Positions 9,748 through 19,908 are shown, counted from the stretch's first letter. The stretch: 27,182 nucleotides of DNA from a bacterium (GCA_046758365.1 JBHIAC010000026.1:1-27182), one strand, 5' to 3'. The notes: generated by a model from the sequence alone, not told the origin. Made by a program: numbers and translations.

Positions 9748-11002
9748 GATTGCAAATATGCCTCCACTTTCCCGGTAAGGTGGTAACACCATGGGCGGTA
9801 AAATCAGACCAGACAACAAAAGGGTACCTTTTCACATGGGCGTCGGCTGGTTTAAGCCAAAAAGGTTCATCAGGACCATCAAAGACATAGGCGCTTAGAT
9901 AATAAGTACCTCTTTCCAAAGGCAGATGATCAATCTTATACTCTATTATATCTTCCGAGGACACATTTAAAATAGGATACGAATAGCGGCAGTTACTATA
10001 GTTGGATACCGCACAGGCCTGTACTCCATTTTCACTGTAAATGATTATTGAAAAAATGGGTTTTCTAATAGGGGTCGTCTTATCGTTTTTTATTTTTAAC
10101 CGAATAGTCATGGGTTGTGTGGTTTCAAATTTATTCGATACCTTGCCTGTATGATCTAAAAATTCGACCGCCGTCAACTTTATGTTCCCGCTAGTGTAAC
10201 CTGGTTCATTTTTAGCAGGACCATTGAGATTGTGGGTTGTACTCCAGGGATTATAAATATCAGCCTTATTTTCCAGCGTGGCAATTTCATAGTTACGAAT
10301 CACAGTTGCTGGTTCCCCGATTTGAACGATTTTACCTCCGTCAAGCCACATAATTCGATTTGTTAACATCTGGAGTAAGGACAAATTGTGACTAACGATA
10401 ATGAATGTGGTTTTGCCTTTTCGAACTAAATCTTGTATGCGCTCAATACATTTTTGCTGAAAAGCCAGGTCCCCCACCGATAAAATTTCATCAATGATAA
10501 AAATTTCTGGTTCTAAACAGCTTGCAATGGCAAATCCTAATCGCACACACATTCCCGAAGAGTAGGTACGTAGAGGTAAATCGATAAGAGAACTTAATTC
10601 AGAAAATGATATGATTTCGTCGATTTTTTTGGCTAATTCTGCTTCTGTTAATCCTAAGATTCGACCATTAAAAACAACATTCTCTCGCCCCGTTAAGTGC
10701 GGATGAAAACCAATACCAAGCTCCAGCAAAGAAGCGGTTCTTCCAGTCATTGCAACTCTGCCGGAAGTCGGTACGGCGGTACCTGTTAGAATTTTAAGAA
10801 GCGTGGTTTTGCCAGCGCCGTTGGAGCCAATGATACCAATGGTCTCTCCTGCTTGAACCTGGAAAGACACATTTTTAAGCGCCCATAATTTTTCATGGTA
10901 ACTTCGCCCGCTTGTTAACCACTCTTTCAACCGGTTGAAAGATTTTTGATAAATTTTATAGGCTTTTGAAAGATTTTCTACCTTAATACTGTAAAAAGAC
11001 AC
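9737..11002 (-). CDS. wzt: Polysaccharide ABC transporter ATPase with C-terminal carbohydrate-binding (Wzt_C) domain
   Basis: Walker A GSNGAGKTT, YSSGM signature, IIDEILSVGD, VSH, ~170-aa C-terminal extension. GTG start overlaps the wzm TAG stop. Confidence 0.93.
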   Translation of the reverse strand: MSFYSIKVENLSKAYKIYQKSFNRLKEWLTSGRSYHEKLWALKNVSFQVQAGETIGIIGSNGAGKTTLLKILTGTAVPTSGRVAMTGRTASLLELGIGFHPHLTGRENVVFNGRILGLTEAELAKKIDEIISFSELSSLIDLPLRTYSSGMCVRLGFAIASCLEPEIFIIDEILSVGDLAFQQKCIERIQDLVRKGKTTFIIVSHNLSLLQMLTNRIMWLDGGKIVQIGEPATVIRNYEIATLENKADIYNPWSTTHNLNGPAKNEPGYTSGNIKLTAVEFLDHTGKVSNKFETTQPMTIRLKIKNDKTTPIRKPIFSIIIYSENGVQACAVSNYSNCRYSYPILNVSSEDIIEYKIDHLPLERGTYYLSAYVFDGPDEPFWLKPADAHVKRYPFVVWSDFTAHGVTTLPGKWRHICNHEF

Positions 11003-11799
11003 TACACTTCATCTCTTAAATCGTTTTTCAATCTTTGAAAGATTTGGGTTCCGATTAGAACTGAGACAATTGCGAAGATAAAAGATATAGCAAAAGTTCG
11101 CCAGCCTGGATATTCCTGCAATATGACAACTGAGTGATAAATCTTCATAAAATAATACATTGGATTCAATTGAATGACCCATTTATAAGATTCCGGAATA
11201 ATAGCCTCAGCATATACAATTGGTGTAGCCCAAAACCATAATTGCAAAATCAAACCAACTATGAGGCCTACATCTTTAAAAAATATCGTTACTGTGGCCA
11301 AACCTATTCCTAAGCCAAAACAAAAAACTTGTTGTAGTAAAAAAGCGAAAGGGATAATCAATAAAAGAATTGAGGTAAAATGGCCAAGGAATCCTAAGAT
11401 AATCACAAAAAGAGTATATGCAAGAGCTAAATTAACAGCACTCGAGAAAACAACCGTAGCTACATAAATTTCTTCTGGGATAAAAACTTTTTTAATGAAA
11501 CCAGCGTTTTCTAAAAAGGTACTTGTACTTCTGAAAATACTTTCCTGAAATGCAAGCCAGGGTAAAATTCCACTGCAAATATAAAGGCCATAACCAAAAG
11601 GTCCATATTTCACACCAGCAAGTTTGGTGTTCATGATATGGCTGAAGATAAACGTGTAAAGAAGAATCAATGATAGCGGATTAATAACGTTCCAAATAAA
11701 GCCTACCATAGTTCCAGCATAGCGTCCTTTAATCTCTCTTAAAGCAAAAAGTGAAATAGTCCTTCGATGAGTCCAAAGATTTTGCATTACCGCAAGCAT
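11002..11799 (-). CDS. wzm: Polysaccharide ABC transporter permease
   Basis: REIKGRYAGT..GFIW..INP, GILPW, FFKDV, WFWATPIVY, LNPM, C-terminal DEV; about six hydrophobic segments. Confidence 0.93.
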   Translation of the reverse strand: MLAVMQNLWTHRRTISLFALREIKGRYAGTMVGFIWNVINPLSLILLYTFIFSHIMNTKLAGVKYGPFGYGLYICSGILPWLAFQESIFRSTSTFLENAGFIKKVFIPEEIYVATVVFSSAVNLALAYTLFVIILGFLGHFTSILLLIIPFAFLLQQVFCFGLGIGLATVTIFFKDVGLIVGLILQLWFWATPIVYAEAIIPESYKWVIQLNPMYYFMKIYHSVVILQEYPGWRTFAISFIFAIVSVLIGTQIFQRLKNDLRDEV

Positions 11800-11878
11800 A
11801 GAGATTGATTAACGTAAATTCGAAAAATAAAAATTTAAGACTGCAAAAATATTTGGGGGTTAATTTCCACATTTAAGA

Positions 11879-12715
11879 TTAATTTGATGGGCTTCGTTGA
11901 GCTCTGAAAGTAGCACGATTTGAAATCAAAGATATTTGCTGAACCTCTTGGAAACCGCATGAATAGAGCATTAATTCAATGCACTTTATGTTTGGCCAAA
12001 ACCAACAGGTGTAATCCCGATATTCTCCCCAAGCGTCTTCTAATCCATAAGGGCGGTCGAGACGCTGGAAGACCATGATAGGAACCTCTGAATAAAGTAA
12101 GTCCTCTTGATGGCAAGTACCGGTTTCAAGCAATAACGTTTCCTTACAAACAGCCGAGGCGTGTTCTAATGCAAAAAGAGGAGATTTTAAATGATACAAG
12201 ATCCCTAAAAATAAAACAATATCAAAGTATCCGATGCGCTCTGGAGATAAATCATATACATTAATGATTTTTTCTTTTACCTTGGAATTTCTTGCTTTAA
12301 TAGCTGTCTGAAGCCCAGTAGAAAAAAATCTTTCAAATGATCTTTCTGGGTTATCGCCGTGTGCTTCTTGGGAAACCCAATCTTTAAAATAATTCATCGC
12401 AAATTTTTTGAATGGTTCAACGGTTTCAACGGTAAGATCCACCTCCAAAAGATGCTTTAAATTTGTAGCGACAATCTTCTGGGCGCCACGCTCTTCAGCC
12501 GCAAAGCTGAAATAGCCATCCCAGGCTCCGATATCTAGAACAGATTTACCTTTGAAGTCAATTTCATCCAATCGATAATGTTTAGCACCAAATGGCTCAT
12601 CAGGAGGACAATGGGCAAATTCTGCGGCTCTTTGTGATTTGATCCCAGGTCTGAGCTCAATTCTATGATACCACTTAATTTTGTCACCCTCGTTTTCTGC
12701 TTGCGATTTGACCAT
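11879..12715 (-). CDS. Class I SAM-dependent methyltransferase (DUF1698/CmoB-like)
   Basis: WYHRIEL, GKSVLDIGAWDGYFSFAAEERGA, FDIVLFLGILYHLKSP, WFWPN..C...ML..CGF. Confidence 0.85.
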   Translation of the reverse strand: MVKSQAENEGDKIKWYHRIELRPGIKSQRAAEFAHCPPDEPFGAKHYRLDEIDFKGKSVLDIGAWDGYFSFAAEERGAQKIVATNLKHLLEVDLTVETVEPFKKFAMNYFKDWVSQEAHGDNPERSFERFFSTGLQTAIKARNSKVKEKIINVYDLSPERIGYFDIVLFLGILYHLKSPLFALEHASAVCKETLLLETGTCHQEDLLYSEVPIMVFQRLDRPYGLEDAWGEYRDYTCWFWPNIKCIELMLYSCGFQEVQQISLISNRATFRAQRSPSN

Positions 12716-12886
12716 CAGGCATTTATTGAAAATTAAAATTCTTACATGCCTATTTAATTTTTATAAATTGCAGTGCGTGGTGGAATATTTTTGGAAATTT
12801 GTAAAAAGAAGATCAATAATTGTGCAGGGGAAAATAGTGAAAGATAATTTTCCAAATCCCTCATAGTTCTTTAAAAATTTAAATAC

Positions 12887-12915
12887 AATATAAAAGTTAT
12901 TGTAAAAAATGTCAA
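12887..12915 (-). promoter_or_regulatory. Candidate sigma70 promoter for the methyltransferase-wzm-wzt...fcl operon
   Basis: Minus strand TTGACA (12915-12910), 17 bp spacer, TATATT (12892-12887). Confidence 0.6.
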
Positions 12916-12936
12916 CGATTTTTTAAATTTATGTAA

Positions 12937-15522
12937 TTAATATGATACCAACGATATATTCTCCAACCTGACAGAAAGCCTACGGGGGTCTTCATTAAGA
13001 CCCAGTTCCTTTGGAATAAAAACCCGCTCTGCAATGAGCTTGATTCTAAATATAGGGTTATTTTGAAATCGTGCTGGAATTTCCTTGTGGATTTTAAAGG
13101 AGCCGGTTGAATATATTGGGACACGCTCGATAAAATTGTTATTTATGTAAATAGCCAACCTCTGCGGACTAGATTTAGAAACATAATAGGCTTCGCCTGA
13201 AATTTCGAGAAAATCGGGTTTCTTATTTATTGTTAAAACTATCTCTGCTTCTTGAGACATCCACCGATCAACAAAAATACCTGTAACCCGACTTTGCAAT
13301 GGCCGTGTGAAGTCAATTTCCCCGCCTTCTTCAATGGAAATATTGCTAATAAGTATTCTTAAAGAATCCTTAGCCTCAGAGCTTTGCAATAGGAAACGAA
13401 TCCTGTTACGATTTTTATTAAATTTAAAAGGACGCGTGGCAAAATTCATTTGTCCTTGAACAGGTATGAAATCTGCAAGCACATCATTTATTACCACTTG
13501 AATGGTATCAACTGCATAATTATTCAAAGATGTGGCCGTGAAAAATAAGCTAAGATATTCTTTTGATGGTTTTAAATAGATTAACTCACTACCATTTTTT
13601 AACACTCGCCACTTTTTTAGTGGGTACGGATTCTCAGGTGTAATCATTAATGGGTACCAGGTGGAATCTGATACAAGTAAGATATCTTGTACAGGCCCCA
13701 GGATGAAAGAATTATTTTCCCAAATTAAAGAATTGGGATTAGGATATACAACAATATCTTCAAAATTAGATTTTTGACCTAAAAAATATTGTTCATCCGA
13801 AAATGAATTCTCGGTTTGATCTATTTCGTCCAAAAACACCTGAAAATAGTAACATGGTTTCAAAATCGTTAAGGGGATATCATTTAGAAGCATGGAGGTC
13901 CATACCTGTGGAAAGGGATCTGGATCAATCAGCAAAATGTTTTTTTGTTTATCTAAATAGTTTTTCATAATTTTTAATTCTAACATATCTTGCGTAAGAG
14001 TTACATCTTGAGGAATTTGGTGTGCCCATCTGTTCTGCATAATGCCAGATAAAAGGAGAAACAATAAATATAATGTAAATACAACCCGTGAGCCATTCCG
14101 CAGCCAAATTGACTTCTTACCTAATTGGCACCAAATATGTTCAATACCAATGGAAGCGGCAACAATCCCTATGAATTGAGTAAAAGTTATACTTTTATAA
14201 AAACCATAAGGATAAGGACGAACAAATAGAAAGAATAATATGAAGAATGCCAAAGAAATAAAAGATAAATTTAAAAAAGCTTTTAAATCTTTATTAACAA
14301 TCCAAAGACCCCAGAATAACATGAAAAAATAAAGAACTGAAAAAATAAAACAATAATAATCGTTCCAAAAAACATTAAACGCCGAAGAGATCTCAGGTAA
14401 TTTCACCAACCCCGTATAAAGAAAAAGATAATATTTTAGAGGGAAAAATTCTGCATGGCCAATATTAGAAGTCCAATTAATCCACAAACTATGTATAGAG
14501 ATGTAAACAGCTAAAGGATTTAATACGATAGCAATCAGAGCACTCAACCATAGATTATGAAAAACATTTACTTTTTTGGAGTTTTTTTTCAGTAAGAGAA
14601 AAATAGAATACACGCCCAGTGGCAGTAATAACACTGGAACCATATCAGGATAGATAGCCAGTAGTCCGGATGCCAAAATTCCACAAAATAATTTTTCTCC
14701 CAAAGAAGGATTCTGAAACAATCGATAGGCTAAGCCTAAAGCTAAGGGCAATATTACTATTCCACCTAACTGGGGTAAATTTTGATGATGTGCCGCGGAT
14801 TGTAAGACTCCTCCCAAAGCCGTGAGGATAGTTGCTATTAGACTTATCTGCTTATTTAAGCCTAATCCATATCTGGTCAAACTGTAAATCGATAATGGAA
14901 CCAGAGAGAGAAAAACCAGAAGTATAATGTTAAACATCTGGTAAGCCTGTAAGCCTAACAGACTGCTAACGGCCGAAAGAAAATATTCACCTCCCAGCCT
15001 CAAATGATATTTAAGAAAGATATTAATGAATATCAAATAAGGATGGAAGATATCAGAATCTGGTATATCAAGAAATGAATGATTTTGTAGATAATCCGCA
15101 ATGGCAATATGGGCATAGGCATCGGTCTCGCCACCAGGACTTCCGTGTCCTACAAAAGTAAAAATATCCGTCGAATTTACCGGAAAGATTCCAAGTACAG
15201 GGACTATTAAAGCAGGTGCACAAAGGGAAATCAATAAAGGAAGCCATTCATCGTCATCTCTAATAAATTTAGGTTTTACATAGCGGTATAATAGTAGATT
15301 AATAATGCCAAGGATCAGCAATACAATATATGAACTAATGTTTGTTCCAAAACCTAGATAACCCAAAGGGAAAATACAAGAGACAATAAGACATAGCCCT
15401 ATAATAGGCATGATTGTAAACCGAACGGCATGAAATTGTTTTGGTAAAAGTAAATGAGTTAAACCAAATCCAGCGAAATACAGGAAGAATAAAGTGAATA
15501 TGTATAAAAGAATGGGGAACAA
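12937..15522 (-). CDS. Large polytopic membrane protein, GT-C-like, with C-terminal soluble beta domains
   Basis: TTG start preceded by AGGAGG. About 13 hydrophobic segments in the first ~500 aa, an acidic loop GETDAYAH after the first TMs, YGFYK, and a soluble C-terminus ending FIPKELGLNEDPRRL. Confidence 0.75.
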   Translation of the reverse strand: MFPILLYIFTLFFLYFAGFGLTHLLLPKQFHAVRFTIMPIIGLCLIVSCIFPLGYLGFGTNISSYIVLLILGIINLLLYRYVKPKFIRDDDEWLPLLISLCAPALIVPVLGIFPVNSTDIFTFVGHGSPGGETDAYAHIAIADYLQNHSFLDIPDSDIFHPYLIFINIFLKYHLRLGGEYFLSAVSSLLGLQAYQMFNIILLVFLSLVPLSIYSLTRYGLGLNKQISLIATILTALGGVLQSAAHHQNLPQLGGIVILPLALGLAYRLFQNPSLGEKLFCGILASGLLAIYPDMVPVLLLPLGVYSIFLLLKKNSKKVNVFHNLWLSALIAIVLNPLAVYISIHSLWINWTSNIGHAEFFPLKYYLFLYTGLVKLPEISSAFNVFWNDYYCFIFSVLYFFMLFWGLWIVNKDLKAFLNLSFISLAFFILFFLFVRPYPYGFYKSITFTQFIGIVAASIGIEHIWCQLGKKSIWLRNGSRVVFTLYLLFLLLSGIMQNRWAHQIPQDVTLTQDMLELKIMKNYLDKQKNILLIDPDPFPQVWTSMLLNDIPLTILKPCYYFQVFLDEIDQTENSFSDEQYFLGQKSNFEDIVVYPNPNSLIWENNSFILGPVQDILLVSDSTWYPLMITPENPYPLKKWRVLKNGSELIYLKPSKEYLSLFFTATSLNNYAVDTIQVVINDVLADFIPVQGQMNFATRPFKFNKNRNRIRFLLQSSEAKDSLRILISNISIEEGGEIDFTRPLQSRVTGIFVDRWMSQEAEIVLTINKKPDFLEISGEAYYVSKSSPQRLAIYINNNFIERVPIYSTGSFKIHKEIPARFQNNPIFRIKLIAERVFIPKELGLNEDPRRLSVRLENISLVSY

Positions 15523-15665
15523 ATTTTCCTCCTGCTATGTAAAGAAACGTCAACTTAAGAAATAATAATTACAAAGATATCTGTGAAATCTGTGATCAAT
15601 TATTAGTGGTTTAATATTATTGTAGCAGATAAGTTCTGGGCTTGTCCTAGATCGTTCTGCAGGAT

Positions 15666-17066
15666 TCAATCAAAATAAATTTGCTGCTTAATCTTATCTC
15701 TCTCCGCGCTATTCTGATACGTGTGAATCCATTGCGCAGCTTTAATCCCCATATCAATAGAATGATCCATATTATTGTATCGAAACAAACCTTGACGGCC
15801 AATAGAAATAAGCTGGTCATATTGATACAAGTAGTTAAATAGGCTATTCAATACATTATTATAACCTAAAATATAGATTGGATAGGCATAAGGTTCTTTG
15901 GCCATGAATGCAGTAACAGTTGTATCTTCTTTTATAAGTTTTGTATTTTTTAATGTTTCTAATGCTTTATTCTTTAAATCATCTAAATCAGAATGCCAAA
16001 GGTAATCGTCTTTATTACACGTGATTTCAACACAAAAGGAGGTATGGGATAATGGACTCATCTCTTTACTAAACATTTTTGCTTCAGAGATGCGATTGAA
16101 GATAATCTCTTTTTCAGGAAAATATAACCAATTATCCTCAGTAATATTTTCATTAGTAAAAAAGAGATATAAAAAAATGATACTGCGATATTTAAGTTGT
16201 TTGGCTGTCATTAATATAGAAATTGGAGGCTTTGGAATTAAAAATTTTACTAAACAAGTAATAGGAATCGTTGAAATCACACAATCGCCAATATGGGATT
16301 GTTCATGTTTTAAATCGTTAAGACAAGCAATTTCTACGTAATTCTGATGTAACAAAACCCTTGTGATTGGGGAATTTAGCCACACTCGACCTCCATTCTT
16401 TTGAATTTTAACTTTCATTGCCTCGCTTATATCCCCAATGCCTCTTCGAGGATAACGAAAAATATTGCCATGATCTGACCAGGTTTTTTTATTATTATTG
16501 AAAGCATCGCAGATGGCACGTTTCAAGCCCAGAAATGGAATGCGCTGCCTGGCCCAATCTGATGAAAGAATTGTTGGACTGATCCCCAATAATTTCTTTG
16601 TATAATCACCAAAAAATAACCGATAAAGAGTGTGTCCAAAGTGATTCCTTACATAATGTTCAAACGCCTCATTGGAGTTTTGGGATAGATGACGCTTCAA
16701 ATATTGCAGGGCATACTCACCCATTGCTTTTAATGCCGTTAGTGAGGGCATTTGTAAGATACTTCTAACAGTCACCGGATATTCGATGAAGTTACCATTA
16801 ACATATATACGACTTTTACGTCTCAAAGTAAGAAAGTTACCCCGACCGAGCAGCTCTTCAATCTCCTGAATAATTCGCGTTTGTTTGCTCCAGAATCTGT
16901 GTGGACCCGTGTCAATAATAAATTCACCATGATGATAGCTTTTAGCCAAACCACCTACTTGAGGCTCTGCTTCAAACACCTCAATTTCATATCCCCATTC
17001 ACTTAATTTCCAGCCGGCACTTAAACCCGCCAGCCCGGCACCAAGAATTAGTACCTTTTTTCGCAA
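15666..17066 (-). CDS. FAD-dependent oxidoreductase, HemY/UDP-galactopyranose-mutase-like
   Basis: ILGAGLAGLSA, E...VGGL, DTGPHRF, WARQRI, FRYPRRG, WLYFPE, AYPIY, GRQGLFRYNNMDHS; TTG start. Confidence 0.8.
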   Translation of the reverse strand: MRKKVLILGAGLAGLSAGWKLSEWGYEIEVFEAEPQVGGLAKSYHHGEFIIDTGPHRFWSKQTRIIQEIEELLGRGNFLTLRRKSRIYVNGNFIEYPVTVRSILQMPSLTALKAMGEYALQYLKRHLSQNSNEAFEHYVRNHFGHTLYRLFFGDYTKKLLGISPTILSSDWARQRIPFLGLKRAICDAFNNNKKTWSDHGNIFRYPRRGIGDISEAMKVKIQKNGGRVWLNSPITRVLLHQNYVEIACLNDLKHEQSHIGDCVISTIPITCLVKFLIPKPPISILMTAKQLKYRSIIFLYLFFTNENITEDNWLYFPEKEIIFNRISEAKMFSKEMSPLSHTSFCVEITCNKDDYLWHSDLDDLKNKALETLKNTKLIKEDTTVTAFMAKEPYAYPIYILGYNNVLNSLFNYLYQYDQLISIGRQGLFRYNNMDHSIDMGIKAAQWIHTYQNSAERDKIKQQIYFD

Positions 17067-17086
17067 ATTTTAAATACCTTATTATT

Positions 17087-18013
17087 TTAATTTTTCTGCT
17101 TCTTTGCCATGATAATCATTTCATCAAAAGAATTAATATATAAATTTGATCTTTTGAGAAAATTTAAGTTTTTTAGAAGCTTGTGCAACGTCTTACTATA
17201 TCGTTCACACCTTTCGATAATAAAATTTATAGAAACATATTTCCCGGCACAATTGTGTGTTATTTTCTGAATGTCAAACCCTGCCTTCAATAACAATATT
17301 CGTAACGTTTTAAGGCTGAAATGATAGAGATGTTCTAACATTTTATAGTGATGCCATTTTTTTCCCATAATTCTGGCTAAAATCGAATTCACGTTTTGGG
17401 TCTCGATGATTAATAAGCCATTATTCTTTAATAGGGTATGAGCAATTTTCAATTCGTGCAGAGGGTCGGATAAATGCTCTATAACATCCCAAAATGTAAT
17501 CAAGTCGAAATAGTTTTTCTTTAAAGGCATCTCTTCAAGTAAACCCGTGAACACATTTTTGAGATGGAGTTCTTCGCGAGCGTAATTAGTCGCATACGCT
17601 GACAAATCAACTCCGAATGTCTCCCAACCTACTTGTTGCATCACCAACATAAAATATCCTGCTGCGCAACCAACATCAAGCATTTTCCCTTTAGATTTAA
17701 AGGCATTGATTAACTTTGCACGTTTCTTGAATGTTTTCAAATAGAGTTCCCGATCTGCCAGGTAATCAGAGTATCCAAAATCTTTTGCACTTTTACTGTG
17801 CCAATATTCAATATCATATAACGTATTATTGTTGGTAGTAATCCTGGGATTTGTAAATATTAAGCCACAGTTTTGACATTTAACTAAACTAAAGGGACCT
17901 ATCTTAAATAATGAATTCTTTAATGAAGAGGAGCATAAGAAACAATTAGTTTCTTCAAGGATAATAGATTTTGAGTCAAGCAGGTATTTTATGAAATTGT
18001 TCTGCTTGGACAT
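17087..18013 (-). CDS. Class I SAM-dependent methyltransferase with N-terminal CxxC...CxxC
   Basis: CFLC...CQNCGL, MLDVGCAAGYF, FDLITFWDVIEH, EHLYHFS..TL..LL.KAGF. Confidence 0.85.
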   Translation of the reverse strand: MSKQNNFIKYLLDSKSIILEETNCFLCSSSLKNSLFKIGPFSLVKCQNCGLIFTNPRITTNNNTLYDIEYWHSKSAKDFGYSDYLADRELYLKTFKKRAKLINAFKSKGKMLDVGCAAGYFMLVMQQVGWETFGVDLSAYATNYAREELHLKNVFTGLLEEMPLKKNYFDLITFWDVIEHLSDPLHELKIAHTLLKNNGLLIIETQNVNSILARIMGKKWHHYKMLEHLYHFSLKTLRILLLKAGFDIQKITHNCAGKYVSINFIIERCERYSKTLHKLLKNLNFLKRSNLYINSFDEMIIMAKKQKN

Positions 18014-18114
18014 TTTAATGATAGGAAATTTGCAAAATTTGGATGCACCAAGTGTTTGTAAAAGTTCTGCCTCTGAGGTGCTTGAGTCGCAAGGTATGTT
18101 TCAATAATTTAAAA

Positions 18115-18143
18115 AATATAATAAATGAGTCTTGTAAAAGCAA
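18115..18143 (-). promoter_or_regulatory. Candidate sigma70 promoter for the methyltransferase-flavoprotein unit
   Basis: Minus strand TTGCTT, 17 bp spacer, TATATT. Confidence 0.45.
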
Positions 18144-18207
18144 GTAATAACTTGAAGCCCTGATTTATTCTCTAAAATTGCCAATAAACATAATTGCGGT
18201 TATGTTT

Positions 18208-19908
18208 TTACTGGTTATTCTGCGCTTTCTCGATTTTAGCCCATGAATCACGCAACGAGACTGTCCGATTAAATACCAGTTTTTTATCGGAAGAATCAAC
18301 GGAATCCACACAGAAATAACCTTGCCGCTCGAACTGATAGAGACTTGCCGGTGTAGCGCCAGCGAGACTGGGCTCCACTTGGCACGATGTTAACATCTCC
18401 AACGAGTTCGGATTCAAATAGGTTTTGAAATCTGTACCATCCCTATCTTCGGTTGGGTTTGCTTTTACGAAGAGACGATCGTACAAACGTACTTCGGCTT
18501 TGAGTGCGTGGGCCGCCGATACCCAGTGCAGCGTTCCTTTCACCTTGCGTCCGTCAGGAGACCAACCCCCTCGGGTCTCCGGATCATAAGTACAGTGGAG
18601 TTCGACGACTTCACCAGTTTGCTTATCCTTTACTACATCCACGCAGGTGATATAGTATGCGTAGCGCAGCCGAACCTCCCGGCCCGGAGCCAGACGGAAA
18701 AACTTTTTTGGCGGTTCCTCACGAAAATCCTCGCGCTCGATGTACAGCACGCGTGAGAAAGGTACCTTACGGGTGCCCATGCTGGGATCTTCCGGATTGT
18801 TTATGGCCTCCAGCTCTTCCATCTGGTCCTCTGGATAATTTTCAATAACCACTCGGAGTGGACGCAATACAGCCATAACTCGCGGTGCGCGTTTATTCAA
18901 ATCTTCGCGAATGCAGTGTTCGAGTAGGGCTATATCGACCATGCTATCTTTCTTGGCCACGCCGATGCGCTCACAAAAGTCTCGGATCGACTTGGGGGTG
19001 TAGCCACGTCTCCGCAAACCCGAAATTGTGGGCATCCGTGGATCGTCCCAGCCAGTGACATGTCCTTGTTCTACTAATTCTAAAAGCTTTCTTTTACTCA
19101 TGACGGTGTAGCTGAGGTTGAGGCGAGCGAACTCGATCTGCTGTGGATGAAAGACCTTCAATTGGTCAAGAAACCAATCGTACAAAGGCCGATGGTCTTC
19201 GAATTCCAACGTACAGATCGAATGGGTGACTCCTTCGATGGAATCTGATTGGCCATGAGCAAAATCGTACGTCGGATAGATACACCACTTGTTGCCCGTC
19301 CGGTGATGTGTTGCATGTAGGATACGGTAGATAACTGGATCTCGCATATTTAAATTTCCTGATGTCATATCGATTTTTGCTCGCAGTACATGGGAGCCTT
19401 CCTCGAATTCTCCTGCCCGCATGTGCTCGAACAACTCCAGGTTCTCTTCAACCGAGCGGTTACGATACGGACTTTCCTTACCGGGTTTTGTCAATGTGCC
19501 ACGATACTCTTTGATTTCTTCTGCACTTAAATCATCAACGTAGGCCTTGCCATCTTTAATGAGCTGCACCGCGTACGCGTATAGTTGGCCAAAGTAGTCT
19601 GATGCATAAAACAGCCGATCCCCCCAATCGAATCCAAGCCATCGAACGTCCTCTTTAATGGCTTCTACATATTCAGCTTCCTCTTTGGTTGGATTCGTAT
19701 CATCGAATCGCAAATTACAATGACCTCCGAATTCAGCCGCAAGACCAAAATTGAGGCAGATGGACTTCGCGTGTCCAATATGCAGATAGCCGTTCGGCTC
19801 AGGTGGAAATCGGGTCACGACTCGACCTTCGTTCTTGTTAGCCTTCAGGTCTTCTGCGATGATATTGCGAATAAAGTTAGGTACGCGGGATGAATCGATG
19901 GTAATCAT
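18208..19908 (-). CDS. glnS: Glutamine--tRNA ligase
   Basis: [17 protein letters not shown] (HIGH), [39 protein letters not shown]. At 566 aa there is no appended YqeY domain. Confidence 0.97.
   Translation of the reverse strand: MITIDSSRVPNFIRNIIAEDLKANKNEGRVVTRFPPEPNGYLHIGHAKSICLNFGLAAEFGGHCNLRFDDTNPTKEEAEYVEAIKEDVRWLGFDWGDRLFYASDYFGQLYAYAVQLIKDGKAYVDDLSAEEIKEYRGTLTKPGKESPYRNRSVEENLELFEHMRAGEFEEGSHVLRAKIDMTSGNLNMRDPVIYRILHATHHRTGNKWCIYPTYDFAHGQSDSIEGVTHSICTLEFEDHRPLYDWFLDQLKVFHPQQIEFARLNLSYTVMSKRKLLELVEQGHVTGWDDPRMPTISGLRRRGYTPKSIRDFCERIGVAKKDSMVDIALLEHCIREDLNKRAPRVMAVLRPLRVVIENYPEDQMEELEAINNPEDPSMGTRKVPFSRVLYIEREDFREEPPKKFFRLAPGREVRLRYAYYITCVDVVKDKQTGEVVELHCTYDPETRGGWSPDGRKVKGTLHWVSAAHALKAEVRLYDRLFVKANPTEDRDGTDFKTYLNPNSLEMLTSCQVEPSLAGATPASLYQFERQGYFCVDSVDSSDKKLVFNRTVSLRDSWAKIEKAQNNQ

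Noticed and set aside
12754..12864. 36-codon minus-strand ORF (MRDLENYLSLF...) in the glycan operon leader
   Set aside because: No Shine-Dalgarno and no recognisable motif; expected by chance.
18208..19908. glnS as a horizontally acquired higher-GC gene
   Set aside because: Spot counts (30 and 34 G+C per 60 nt) overlap those of eno (23 and 35), so composition alone does not support it; a phylogeny would be needed.
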